Source: Cyanophora paradoxa CCMP329 (taxonomy: Eukaryota; Plantae; Glaucophyta). Taken from it: a DNA stretch of 64,000 nt. The notes beneath the pieces were generated by a model. That model worked only from the letters and a program-made list of their open reading frames with translations, searched no databases and was not told the DNA's origin. Positions within the stretch are counted from its first letter, which is position 1. Each line of letters begins with the position of its first letter. A program made the translations under genes and the position numbers. Positions 34,701 through 46,413 of the stretch are shown here, one piece after another. Where the stretch lies: NCBI GenBank assembly GCA_004431415.1, contig QPMI01000503.1, forward strand, positions 124,001-188,000. The letters run 5' to 3'.

Positions 34701-37700
34701 GAATTCTTAGACCCCCTCTCTAGATTCTTACTTGCTCCCTAGATTTGCCACCTCCCCTCTCCTAGATTTCCCACCTCCCCTCTCTCTTCGTCCTGGGCCT
34801 TAATTTTTCCCTCTAGAAGAACGCCCTCTATTCCACTATTTTCCTCTCTTTTGCGCGCGCCATCATGGCCGCGGGCGCCTCCCCGCGCCCCGGTATGCTC
34901 CTGTCGCTTTTCTAATCTGCTGCGATCCCTCTCCTTTCTATTCTACTATTGTTTTGGCCCTGAACTCCCCTGCCTTCCTTCTCTCGAGCAGGGCAACCTG
35001 GGTTCCAGCGGGGGGGCTCAATGCGGGAGCCCGCGTCTGCCGCCGCCGGGCGGCGCCCCGAGACCGAGCCCGCCGACCCCGATGCGGGGCCCTACGACGA
35101 GCCGGGCGGAGCCGCCGGTGCCCCCGCCCCCGTCCCTCCCTCCTCTACTCCTCTCACACCCCCAGTCAGAGGGACCGCCGGTGGACGCGCACGAGTCCAT
35201 CTTCTGCGTCACGGGCGAGCCCGGCGTCGGCAAGGTGCCCGGGGAAAGGAAGGGGGGGGATCCCAGGACCCCTCCGCCCGCGGCGCGCTAGGCGAGGCGG
35301 CCCCGCCCCGCCACGCCAGCTCTGCGGCAGGCGGCGCTGCCCGTCAAAGCACGCCCCGCCCCGTCCCCTCCTGGGCCGCCGGATCGCGGCAGGCGGCGCT
35401 GCCCGTCAAAACACGCCCCGCCCCGTCCCCTCTTGGGCCGCCGGATCGCCGCAGACGCAGACGCCGCTGCCCGTCTCCCTAGGAGATCCTAGAAAATCCC
35501 TCAAAGCGCGCCGGCTCTGCCCTGACGCGCGCGCGCCGGCCCCGCGGGCGGCAGACGGCGCTGCTGGCGAAGGTCGTGCTGGAGCGCCTCTGCGGCTGGT
35601 CCCGCCGCCACGTCTACTACTTCGCCGGCTCCACCCCGGGTCCCTCCGAAGCTATCTCCTAACCTATCTCCCTCCCCTATCTCCTAACCTTCGGGCAGGG
35701 CCGGCGAGCGCGGCGACGCTGCTGCGGCACCTCACCGCCGACCTCCTCGAGCTGCTCCCCAAGGACCAGGCCCGCTGTACCCCCGCCCCGCCCCGCCCCG
35801 CCCCGCCCCGCACCGCCACGAACGCGTCCCTCTAACACGCCTCGCGGCGCCGGCCCCGCCCCGCTCCGCACCCGCCCCGCCCCGCCCCGCGCGGCACCGG
35901 CCTCTCCCTCTAAGGCGCCCCTCGCCTCCGCCTGCCCCGCGCTGAGGGGGCGGGCAGGAGGTGGTGGGGGACGCGGCGGTGCCGTCGCTGGCGCGGGCGG
36001 GCGACTACCCCGCCCTCGTCAAGGCCTTCCGAGCCGCCCTCGACCTCGTGAGCCCCGCCCCGCCCCGCCGCCTAAAGCTCAAGCTTAACAGATCTTGAGC
36101 TTGGCTAAGAGAAGCTTAAGCCGCTCAAAGCTTCGCCCCGCCCAGAGCCTAAGCTTAGTTATTATACAAAATGAGCAATAAGCGCACCCTTGGCCTGGCT
36201 GGCGCACCTGAGCCGAGCCTTCTGCGCCGCCCTCGACTTCGTTCGCACACCCCGCCTGCGTTTATAACGAGCCCGCCGCCCAGAGTTTAAGCTTGAGCTC
36301 AGAGCGGACCTGAGATAGAATGAGTTTCCTTGGTGCTTGGCGTTGTGAGACACCTAGGCCAGGCCTGGCCTTGAGCCGCCCCCCCCCCCGCCCCCACCTA
36401 ACCCCCCCCCCCCCCCCCCCCCCCCCCGCCGCCTTCCGATACTATGCCACCTTTCTCGATGCTGCGCTGCTAGCGCGCGATGCTAGCGACCGCCTTGTTA
36501 GATCACCGTAACTGAGCTCAAGCCTCCTCCGCCTCCTCCTCCGCCTCCTCCTCCTCCGCCTCCGCCTCCGCCTCCTCCGACCCGAGCTGCGCGTCAGGCG
36601 GCGCGGCGGCGGGCGATCGTGGTGGTGCTGGACGCGCTGGAGCGGGTGCCCCCCGAGGGGGACGGCGCGCCCCTCGCCTGGCTCCCCTCCCGCATCCCCG
36701 CCGGCGTCAAGTTCGTGGTGCGCCCGCAGGCCCGTCGAGCCGAGGAGAGCGCATAGCGCCGCCGGCGTCGTCTTCGCTGACGCGGGGGCGGGGCCGGGCC
36801 GGGGCGGCAGGTCTCGTGCCTCGAGGGGTCGGCCCCCGTCGCCGCCCTCCGCCGCCGCTTCGGCGTCCAGCCCGTGCGCCCCGTCCCTCCCGGACAGACC
36901 CAGCAATCAAGAAGGACCCAGACAGATAGATAGACCCAGCAAGCCTCATCGCAACTTAAAGCAGGACCCCGCGCGCCCCGCCCGCCCCTAACGAGCTTCT
37001 CGCCTCGCCTGCACAGGTGCGGCTGGGGCGGCTCTCGGAGGGGGAGGCGCGCGTGCTCCTCGGGCACCACCTCGAGCAGCGCGGCGGTGATCCGCGCCCC
37101 CGCCCCCGCCCCCGCCCCGCCCCCGCCCGGTTCTCTAGGGAGACTTTAGAAGGACGCTGTTCCCCCGGGCCCTTCCCCCACCCCCCGCGCCGGCCCCGCC
37201 CCTGCCCCTCGCTGGCCCCGCTTCCGCCCGCCGCCGGATCTAGTCTCATGTCCCGCTCTGCGCTCGCCCCGCCCTCTAGCGCGCCCTCTAGCATTATTAC
37301 GATCTCGTGCCATTTCCCGCCCCGCCTCGCCCCCGCCCAGTTCTCGAGGGAGACTTTAGGAGGACGCTTCGTTGCCCGTCCCCGCCCCCACCCCATCCCG
37401 CCCTGCCCGGTTCTCTAGACTAGATCTAGATCCCGCCCCGGCCCCGCCCCCGCCCCGCCTCTCCATATTCCGCCCCGCCATGTCTAGTGCCACAATCCGC
37501 CCCGCCGCGCCCCATCCCTGCCCCGCCCTCCGCTGAAGCCGGGGGGCCGGGGCAGTGCCGGTGGACGAGGAGGGCTTCTACGCGCTCGCGGGGCGCGAGG
37601 ACGCCTGCCTCCCCCGCTTCGCCGAGGCCGCCCCCGCCGCCCTCGCCCAGTGCGCACGCGAGCCGAGCCGAGCGAACTCTTCCTCTGATCACGCCGGCAG

Positions 37701-40700
37701 GTTCGGGGGCGCCTCGGCGGAGGCGTGCGGGGCGCTGGTGGCGGCGCTGCCGGGGACGGCGGAGGAGCTGCTGGCGTGGACGGCGGCGCGCGCCGAGGCC
37801 GAGATGGGTCCCGACCTCGTCCACGTGCGAACGAAGCGGGGCGGGGCGGGGCGGGGCGGGGCGTCTGTCGGATTCGGCTTCGATGTTCTGCTGGCCGGGG
37901 CGGGCCGGGGCGTGGCGGGGGGAGCTCTAGCCGTCGCCTTCGGTTTCGACGTTCTCCTCCGCGCTCACCCGCCCGCTGCTTTCGGCGCAGGCGCTGCTGG
38001 GGGGCCTGGCCTGCGCCCGCGCCGGCCTCTCCGAGCAGGAGGCCGCCATCGTACCCCCCTCCCCGCTCCCCCCCCCTCACTCCCTGTTTCTGCTCGCCTC
38101 ACCCGCGCGGCAGCTGCTGGCGCGCGCGACCGAGCCGGCGCTTCCCCGCAGGCGCGGCCGCCCTTTAAATCCTGTACCCCTGCTTTCGTGACGGCGGCGG
38201 CGCAGGCTGCTCTCGGAGCTGACGCGGTCGCTGGCCCCGCTGCTGCGCCCGCCCTACGAGGGGGGCTACACCCTCGAGCTCGCCAACAAGCAGGCCCGCC
38301 TCTACCCCTGATTTGATCTTAGACCTTTGTCCCGCGTAAACTAAAGAAGGTAGGGCCGCGCAGGTGCGGCGGGCAGTGGCTCGGTCGCTGCTCTCCGCGT
38401 GTCCCCAAAACTGCGGCCTCTCCGCCTCGGGGGCCCCCTGCCGGCACCTCCACTCCGGCGCCGGCGTCCCAACATGGGCCGCCAAGGGTCCGCCCGCCCG
38501 CCCTCCGCCTACAAATCTGATCCGATCTGATCTGAGCGCGCGTCGCCCCGCTGCCCCGCCCCGCGCCGCCCCGCGGCAGACGCGGCGTTCCACCGGCGGC
38601 TGGCGAGCACGTTCCTGCGCTTCACGCCGCGGGAGCAGATTTCCTCGCTGCGCGGCCGCGCCATCACCGAGCTCCGCTTCCACATCCGCGAGGCCCGCCC
38701 CGCCCCGCCCCCGGCCCCGCCCCGGCCCCGCAGCTCTCGCTCTAAGACTTAAGATCCCCTCTCCTTTTCGACTCCCTTCTTCTTCCCCGCCTCACTGGTA
38801 CCCCAGGGCCTGGCGTGGGACCTCCTCGCGGAGCAGACGGCGGGGGGGACGACGCTGCGGCTCGACCGCGCCCTCGCCGTCTTCGCCGACCCCGCCACCC
38901 TCTCCCTCATGCTCGGCCCGCCCCGCCCGGCCCAGCTGAGCGAGGGCGCCGTCCGTCTCTGACCTCTCTCCGGCCTCGGCAGGGACGCTGGCGGGGCGGG
39001 ACGGGATGGCGGGGATCGTCTTCGCGGGGGCGACCCCCCTCGTCACCGAGCAGAGCGCGCCCCGCCCCCGCCCCGCCCCCGCCCCGCCGGCAGCTTCGCG
39101 GCTCCGAGCGCCGCCTCCGCAGCGGGGGCCGTGCTCGCCAAGTACATCGCCTCCTCCAAGGTCCCCCTCCCTCTCCCGGCCCCGCCCGGGGCGCGCCGCC
39201 CGAGCCGCCCTCGCCCCCGCCCTCGCCCGCGCAGATGCTGCGGACGCTCGCCATCCGGAACACCGCCTTCGCCGAGCCGGGTGCGCCCGTCCACCTGCTC
39301 CGCCCCGCCGCCGCCCCTAGGCCCGGAAGCCTGCGTCGCGCTCGACCTGTACTCCGGCCCCCCGCCCCGTCCGACCTCGTCTCGGGCCCGCAGCGCAGGA
39401 GGCGGTCTTCGGGGCGCTGGGCGGCAACAAGAGCGTCGGCGCCCTCGAGCTCGACGCCTTCGCCTTCGAGCCCAAAGGTCCGTAGGATCTGCAAATGAGG
39501 GCAGATTCCACGCAGATCCCTGCTTTAGGCTATTTTATTTAGAGCGGGCTCTTAGAACGCGGCTCTCAGAGCGGGGCTAAAGCTCTCCGCTGAGTTCGAC
39601 GCCTTCGCTCGCGAGCCCAGGGGTCCGCGCTGCATGCCCGCCGCTCCCGAGCGCGGCTTGAGATCTCTGCTGCGCATCCGGTCCCCCTTCAAAGCCGGCG
39701 CCCCCCGCCTGACGAAGCGGGGCAGGGGCGGCGGCGCTGGCAGCCTCTCTCAAGGCGAACGCCGTCCTCAAGACCCTCACCCTCTCCTCCTGCCGCCTCT
39801 CCGACGCCGGTGCTCCGTTTCCATCTAATTTGTACCCGGCTCCCCTCCCATTCCCTCCTCTTACTCCGGTCAGCGGCGGGGGCGCTGGGAGAGGGCCTCT
39901 CCTCCAACGGCGGCCTCGCGCAGCTGACCCTCGCCGGCTGCACCCTCTCCGACGCCGGTGCGCCCCGAGCTCGAAGCCGGCACAGGCGCCGGCCGCGCCT
40001 GCGGTCGCCCCCGGGCTCCGCCTCCGCCTTCCTTTCAGCTTCCCGAGCCTCGCCAGCCCCGGCCTCGTTCGCCTCCGTTCTAAGGCTCGCGCCGGGGCCC
40101 CCGCAGCGGGGGCGGCGCTGCTGGCGTCGCTCGCGTCGAACAAGGTCCTCAAGCGTCTCGAGATCCGCGCCACCCGCCTCGGGCCCGCCGGTTCGCTCGA
40201 CTATGATTAGAATGAAAGGCCCAGGCCTAGGCCTAGGCCTCACGCCGGGGGCGGGGCCGGCAGGGGTGCGGGCGCTGGGGGAGGGGCTGCTGCGGGGCAA
40301 CAAGCAGCTCGCGGAGGTGGCCGTCGAGCAGTGCGGCATCGACTCCCGCGACCCCGGCGTCGCCCAGGTGCGCCCGTGCCCGAGTTCAGCGCGCGGGGCC
40401 TCGCTTACGCTTTCGCCCCCGCGCGAGGCAGGCGCTCGACATTGTCGGCGACGGCCTCGGCGGCAACGAGGCCCGTCTTTCAAGTTGAAACCCAAATTAT
40501 TCGATCTGCGCTGTATAACGCCCGCGCAGATCCTGCTCTCGTTCTCGCTGTCGGGGAACCTGGTGGGGTCCCGCGGCCTGCAGGCCCTCGTGCGCGGCGT
40601 GCGGCGCAACCGCACGCTCGAGTCCCTGCGCCTCGCCGGCTGCGGCGTCGAGTCCGAGGGCGCCGGCGAGCTCGCCACCCTCATCACCGAGCAGGCCAAG

Positions 40701-41108
40701 AGCTTCACCCTCCAGGCGCCCATTTCTTATATATAATTTAATAACTGCCTTATAATAAGCTTCACGAGCTTTTCGTTCTTCTCTCTGACTGTTCCGGGCA
40801 GAGCATCGACCTCTCCGGGAACGCGATCGGGCGGCAGGGCCTCGACATGCTGCAGGCCGCCAAGGCGAACGCCAAGGCCCTCCAGGTCCTCCCCTCCCCC
40901 TCCCGTCCCTTCCGGCTTCCGCTCTGCTGAGCGAGCGGGCGGGTGGGCGGCGGCCCGGCGGCTGCAGACGCTGAACCTGGAGGGGAACGTGGCGTCCGGG
41001 GGGGCGCCCTCGCCCTCGCCGCCCCCCACGGCGGGGGCCGGGGCGAGCCCGCCGGCCACGACGACCACCTCCAAGCGCTCCCACGCGCCCTTCGACGCCG
41101 CCGCGTAG
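31751..41108 (+). CDS. NLR-like STAND protein: DUF4062 + NACHT-type NTPase (TEP1/NPHP3/NWD-like) + ribonuclease-inhibitor-type LRRs; multi-exon
   Basis: DUF4062: RVYICSSHADM|IAERDQLHKTVFPR|LNEW...PVDL|R, EIARCRPWVVALVGNKYG; FVGREELL; Walker A GEPGVGK|TALL (35215-35570); Walker B IVVVLDALE (~36616); WLPSRIPAGVKFV; GLSEQE; LRRs NKVLKRLEI, SLSGNLVGSRGLQALVRGVRRNRTLESLRLAGC, IDLSGNAIG, LNLEGN; stop TAG 41106-41108. Confidence 0.88.
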
Positions 41109-41357
41109 CCCCGCGACCCATCGAATGCCGCTGCAGTGATGCTGCTTGTCGCTAAAAACGAGTGTGGTATTTATACGTTATATCAATCGCGCAACATAGC
41201 AGTAATTAGTCGGGGGCGAAAACTCAGTGACTCTTCCCCAGCCAGAACCCTAGCCTTCCCCGGCCCCGGCGCCCCGGCTCCCGAAGGCCTACAGCGCTGT
41301 TGAGCAATGAAATATCATAAGCTGTTCAGCTGTGTTCATGATACCGCTCATTTAGCT

Positions 41358-42840
41358 CTAGATCTGCAGTGGCGCCAAAGCTGCAACGAACTTGGTGAAA
41401 GATGAGTTTCGTAGACCGAAGTTCGCAGCGAGAAGGTCGACGGCCCGGCGCGCAGCCTCGGAGACTGACTTCGGGCCACCCGGCAGTGCCAGGGCGGTCC
41501 TCGAAGTTTTGATAGCCTCCACGGCCTCCGCGAGGGCATTGTCCGCCACACGAACCAGCTCGTGCGAGCGCTGCGCCGACAATATAAATATTAATTGAAT
41601 CATAAGATGATGATTACTTCATGGACTTCGAGCCTATATATTACATCCTTTTCCAATTAGTTTGTAATTGAGGACTTTTGAAATTCAGACCTGAAAAGAC
41701 TCGATGCGTGGCTCTGGCACCGGGGCCGGCGTTCGAATTCTTGACTTAAGCTTAGGCTTGGAAAAGCAGGGTTGCAGAGTCCCTCGAGCGATAAACGCGT
41801 TTGCTACCTGAAGGCAGCTCGCGTCCCCGTGGAGAAGACCCTGAGGAAGTGATATAAATGAATGGGAAATATATAATCAAGGTGAAAATCAAATGAATCG
41901 CTTACCAGTTTAATGAGACACGACAAAGCGTCGGAAACATTCTTGGTCTGGCAAGAAGGGAATTCGGAATACGTAACAAACAAATGTTTCTCTCCTGGTA
42001 AATCCAGCCAAGTTTTCAATAGCTTGTGCGCATGCTCCGCCGTGCCGAGAGCGGAAACCACAGCGAGGCTGCCCGCGGCGTACTTCCAGTTGGTGATGGC
42101 TGCTGGCAGCGCGCTCCACACGTCCTGCTGCGCGTCCTCCGGGGTTTCGCCTGGCCGGAGCCGGGACAAGCGCCCACGGAGAATCGAAATTATATGAGGG
42201 ACAGATTCAGAATCGCCGCTTTGAATGCTGCCAAGAACGATGTGCTTTAACGCGGTGCCGCTCACGACAGGTGCTTCCAACGCCTTGACAGCATCTAAAT
42301 CCGCCAACCTCGCAGCTGTCTCTGGCGACAGGTTGGAAGCGATTTCTTCGGCAATCATCTCCGCGTCTTCGGCAGAAAATCGCAGGCCACTCAGATACTC
42401 AACAGCGGCACTGACGCCTTCGTCCCATCTGGGAACGTATTTGGAAAATTCAGATAACTCTTGCAATATTAATAGTATTCAGGGTAATGACTTCAATTCG
42501 CAAATTCGCACATGTACGCGTTGAAAATTCGGAGCAGCTCGAGCGTCCGCGCCACGCTCGAAAACGCCTCGCCGAATCTCCCAAAGTACAACAATCTCAT
42601 GAACGCCTCGAACAGCCCCTCCACGTCGGCCTCGTGAGGCGGATCGTCGAGGACGACGCGGACGGGAGAGCCGATCGCGAGTTTCGCGGCGCGCGCCCCG
42701 CTCCAGCGCTCAGAGAAGAGAGCGTCGAAGTATTTCGCGCGGCGGAGGAGGTCCGAATCGATGAAGTACGAGCGGTCGCGCACTACGAGCTCGACATCGG
42801 AGTGCCGGGTGCTTGACAGGAAGAACGATTCTTGACCTAC
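41358..42840 (-). CDS. BTB/POZ domain protein; first exon not found
   Basis: HSDVELVVRDRSYFIDSDLLRRAKYFDALFSERW...FEAFMRLLYFG followed by helical exons; stop at 41358. Confidence 0.75.
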
Positions 42841-43003
42841 GCAATCCGATGATCAGGAACCGTGAACAAAATCATTGGGCATTGCACGCAACTAAATTTA
42901 ACGACGTGTACATGTGGGCACGTGCACGTGCACCCGACATTTCTGCGGTGTTGCGGTACGGCGCGCCGGCCCCGGCCCGTGACAGTACGGTGCGTATATA
43001 TAT

Positions 43004-43040
43004 ACAAGCAGGGGGGCAAGCCCCCCCGCACCCCCCCATT
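43004..43040 (-). mobile_element. Possible Helitron-type 3' terminus (GC hairpin followed by CTTGT)
   Basis: Minus strand GGGGGG-CTTG-CCCCCC-TG-CTTGT; the terminus deviates from the CTRR consensus; no Rep/Hel coding seen. Confidence 0.3.
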
Positions 43041-44265
43041 TATTGAACTTGTATAATCTGCAATGTCAATGAATCGCAAATCTCGCAATTTCGCGAACGC
43101 GTACGTGAATCGCAGGGCTTCTCCAGTACTAGTCTCTGTGTGTGAAGTCTCTGTGTGAACGTGAATCGCGCCGCGACACCATGAATTGTAATCGCGATAT
43201 TCGCACTGCTGTCTCTGGTGGGCAGGTGCCACGGTGCTTTAATTTGCGCATGCGCTCTCATCGGAGCATGATTATAATTAATAACTGCACGTGCACATGT
43301 TGGACGCCGGCCTCGTCATCGATATATATCGTCACTATCGTGGCAGTCTGCCAGACATTCTCGTGGCAAAAGAATAATCACGATCCTAGGGCTCATGATC
43401 AGCTTCGTCTTCAAATTGCTACAGCCGCGCTACTTCGAATTCAGGGAAGCGGGCGCTTCGCTCGAAAACTAGATTACTAGCAGCATGCGCAGCCCGTTCA
43501 CGTGCACAGATCTAGAAGGTCCGGTGCAGCATGCGCAGTTGCAGCACCCAGTGCCTGTACATGTGTGTACGCGGTTGTTCAGCCAACGACAGCTGCAAGC
43601 TGTAGCTGCTGTACAGCCCGTACGTATACTACGCCCGCGGTAGTACGCCCGCGGCCATATGCATGCACGAATTCGAATGCAGCTGCAGCCTACAGGCTAC
43701 AGCCTACAGGCTACAGCTTATACCAGTGATTACTTGCCGGCGTTTCCGTTACTTTCCGTTAACGTTATCCGCCACCGTCCGTTACTTTCGGTTATCCACC
43801 AGTGGCCGCCAGTGTCCGCCACTAGGACTTTCCGTGCACGTGCACACCAGTGACACCACTGGCCAGCTTAAAGCCTTGAACTGTTCGGAACTTCTTCGAA
43901 GTCGCAATTCCGGTACCTGGTACCGGACTCCGGGAGCAACTTCCGATGATAACAATGAACGTCATCGGGATATTGGACCGATTCGTACCGCATCGGCGGC
44001 ATCGCGTCGCGATCGATTTCAACTTGGCAACGTTTTTAACGACCGATCGGACGGATTCAGCTGGCCAGCTGGCCAGCGCCCGGGCGGCGCCGCTGCATAC
44101 CGGCGCGCGCGGCCGCGTCGCCCGGTGCGGCGGTGCCAGCGCGCCGGCTGGCCATGGGCGGGCCAGGGCGGCGGGCGCGCGCGGGCGCCGGCTGTGCGGC
44201 CGCCGGCCGGTTGTCACGTGCACAGTGTGGGCATGCGTGCGCTCACTGCTCAGCTGCGCTGCGCA

Positions 44266-44800
44266 TGCGCGTTCACGTGGCAGCCCACTGGCAGGCGCCG
44301 CCAGGCGGTGACAGCGGTGTTTTACTACTGGTCCGAACTCAAAGTGCCAATTGAGTATGAGGTCGGGAGTTTGAATAGGGGCTCCGTCACGTACCGTAGA
44401 CTCCGTAGACTGGTACAGTCACGTACTACAGTGGTACGTATACTAGGCTAGTACGGGGCCTCTATACTCAGTAGCTACAGCCGCCTACTACGGGCCGCTG
44501 TGCGGCCGTCCCGGAGTCCGTGGCCGGGCTAGGCAGCTGCGCAGCCTGCAGCTGGCATGCTGCCAGGCTGGCTGATTAACGTTGTGCCAGCCTCTGCCAG
44601 CCCAGCTAGTGCCAGGCTGCCAGCGCAAGCTTAAGTCAAGTGCGTTGGCCAACGCATGCGCAGTCACGCGCGTGCGCTGCGCGTTCACATGGCAGCCCAC
44701 TGGCAGTCGCCGCCAGGCGGCGACAGCGGTCTTCTACTACTGGTCCGTACTCAAAGTGCCAATTGAGTATGAGGTCGGGAGTTTGAATAGGGGCTCCGTC
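44266..44800. repeat. 123-bp direct repeat pair (44266-44388 and 44678-44800)
   Basis: TGCGCGTTCAC...GAGGTCGGGAGTTTGAATAGGGGCTCCGTC twice with few mismatches; internal hairpin ACTCAA-n8-TTGAGT. Confidence 0.9.
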
Positions 44801-45046
44801 GCGTTTTGGCTCGGCTGTTGCGTACTACTCGTGTTTTTTTCCGTGTGTGCGCTTGCGTCATAAGTAATAAGTTATAACTTAGTATATAGGGGGTGCGAGT
44901 CTAGAAGAGAGAAAAAGCCCCCGACCGCGAGCTCGAGCCCCCTGTATTTTCGATCTCGCGATCGCGATCTCCCCTGGACGTACATGTACATTTTCAGTCG
45001 AATTCGACGGCCACATTGCAATCATAAGTAACGAAAAGCCGCACTG

Positions 45047-46209
45047 ATGAACAGCATGCCGGGATGCAAGTGTCCGTGGGAGGGGTGCGGCGAAGAGATC
45101 GAGGATATCGATGATGAGGACGAAATGGCGGAGCACCTGCTCTTGGAGCATAGCCACATTGCGGACGCTCTCGTGAACAGAACGCAGCGAAAGGCGAAGC
45201 AGCGCGCACGCGCAGCCGAGGATCGAGCGCTCTTGGCAGAGAGCGAAGCGAGCCGTCTCTCCTCGGAGCGCGACAAGCTCAAGACCGCGCTCCGCAACGT
45301 GAGCGATGATCTCGTGGCGGACCTGCGCGGCCTCTTCGAGCGCTGCTGCGTCCGCGGCGAGGAGCCTGGCGACATCGTCTTCTCCTGTGAGCGGTTGGGA
45401 GTTTGAATTTCCTCGTAGATTATTTTCGCAAGCTAAGCCCGGGCCCGGGCGCTGGACAGTCTCCGCCGATCGCGAGGACGGCACCACGTGCACCGCAGGC
45501 GGCGAAAATGATTCCGCGACTGCGAGCTCGAGTTCGGTGGCGACAATCCACGCCCACTCCTTGATTTTGAAGGTCCGTTATCGCCGCGATCATCGGATAA
45601 CCCCAGTTATATTGCGAAAGAATTTGATTGCGATCGAATTTGATGGGACTCGTGGCACCGCGGCCGCGGCAGGCTCGAAGCGAGTTCTTCCGTCGCATGC
45701 TCTCGAATCAGGCGCGACGGATCGGATCCGGAGTTCGATATATAAAATTAAAGTTGTATCCGCGTTTCCATATATATGTTTTGCTTATCGAAAACGCGCG
45801 CGCAGATGAAGGAGGCCGCCACAGGGACCGTCACGGTGCCCGGCTGCGACCCGGCGACGTTCCTCACCCTCCTCCGCTTCCTCTACACCTCGGAGCTCAA
45901 GGTACGCGCTTCTGAATGAATTGAGAGAAAGAACTCAAGCACTGATCATGAGAGAAATTATTTGGAATCCCATCTTATATTTAGGTGGACGCGACGAACT
46001 CGAAGTCGGGCGAGGGCGGTGAGCTCGAGGGGGCGGCGCTGCTGGAGCTCGCGCGGGCGGCGGACTACTACCTCCTGCCCCGCCTCCGCGCCCGCGCCAC
46101 CGCCCGCCTCCGCGAGCTCGCGATCGCGACCGGCGGCGCCTCGAGCTCGAGCTCGGCCGAGGCCCGCGCCGCCCTCGCGGCGCTCATGATCAGCGTCGCC
46201 GACGAGTAG
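45047..46209 (+). CDS. Zinc finger + coiled coil + BTB/POZ (SPOP-type BTB) protein; multi-exon
   Basis: CPWEGC...HLLLEH; DLRGLF...GDIVFSC; IHAHSLILK|ARSEFFRRML; MKEAATGTVTVPGCDPATFLTLLRFLYT; LLELARAADYYLLPRL; stop at 46209. Confidence 0.88.
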
Positions 46210-46413
46210 CTAGGCTAGCGCTTCGGCGACTATATATATGTATAGCGAGCGCTGGTTGATAGTGCCCGCATAAATAAATTCTGCATCCGCGCGATTCATA
46301 CTATGATATGCATGATTATGTATAGCGCCCGCGGCCGGCGGCCAACCAAGCTTTAAGACTGGCTTCACCTCGCATCATGCGGCGTGGCGAGTATAAATTA
46401 AAATCATGCATAT

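Noticed and set aside
44266-44800. LTR pair of a TRIM/LTR element
   Set aside because: No TG...CA termini, primer binding site, polypurine tract or TSD seen
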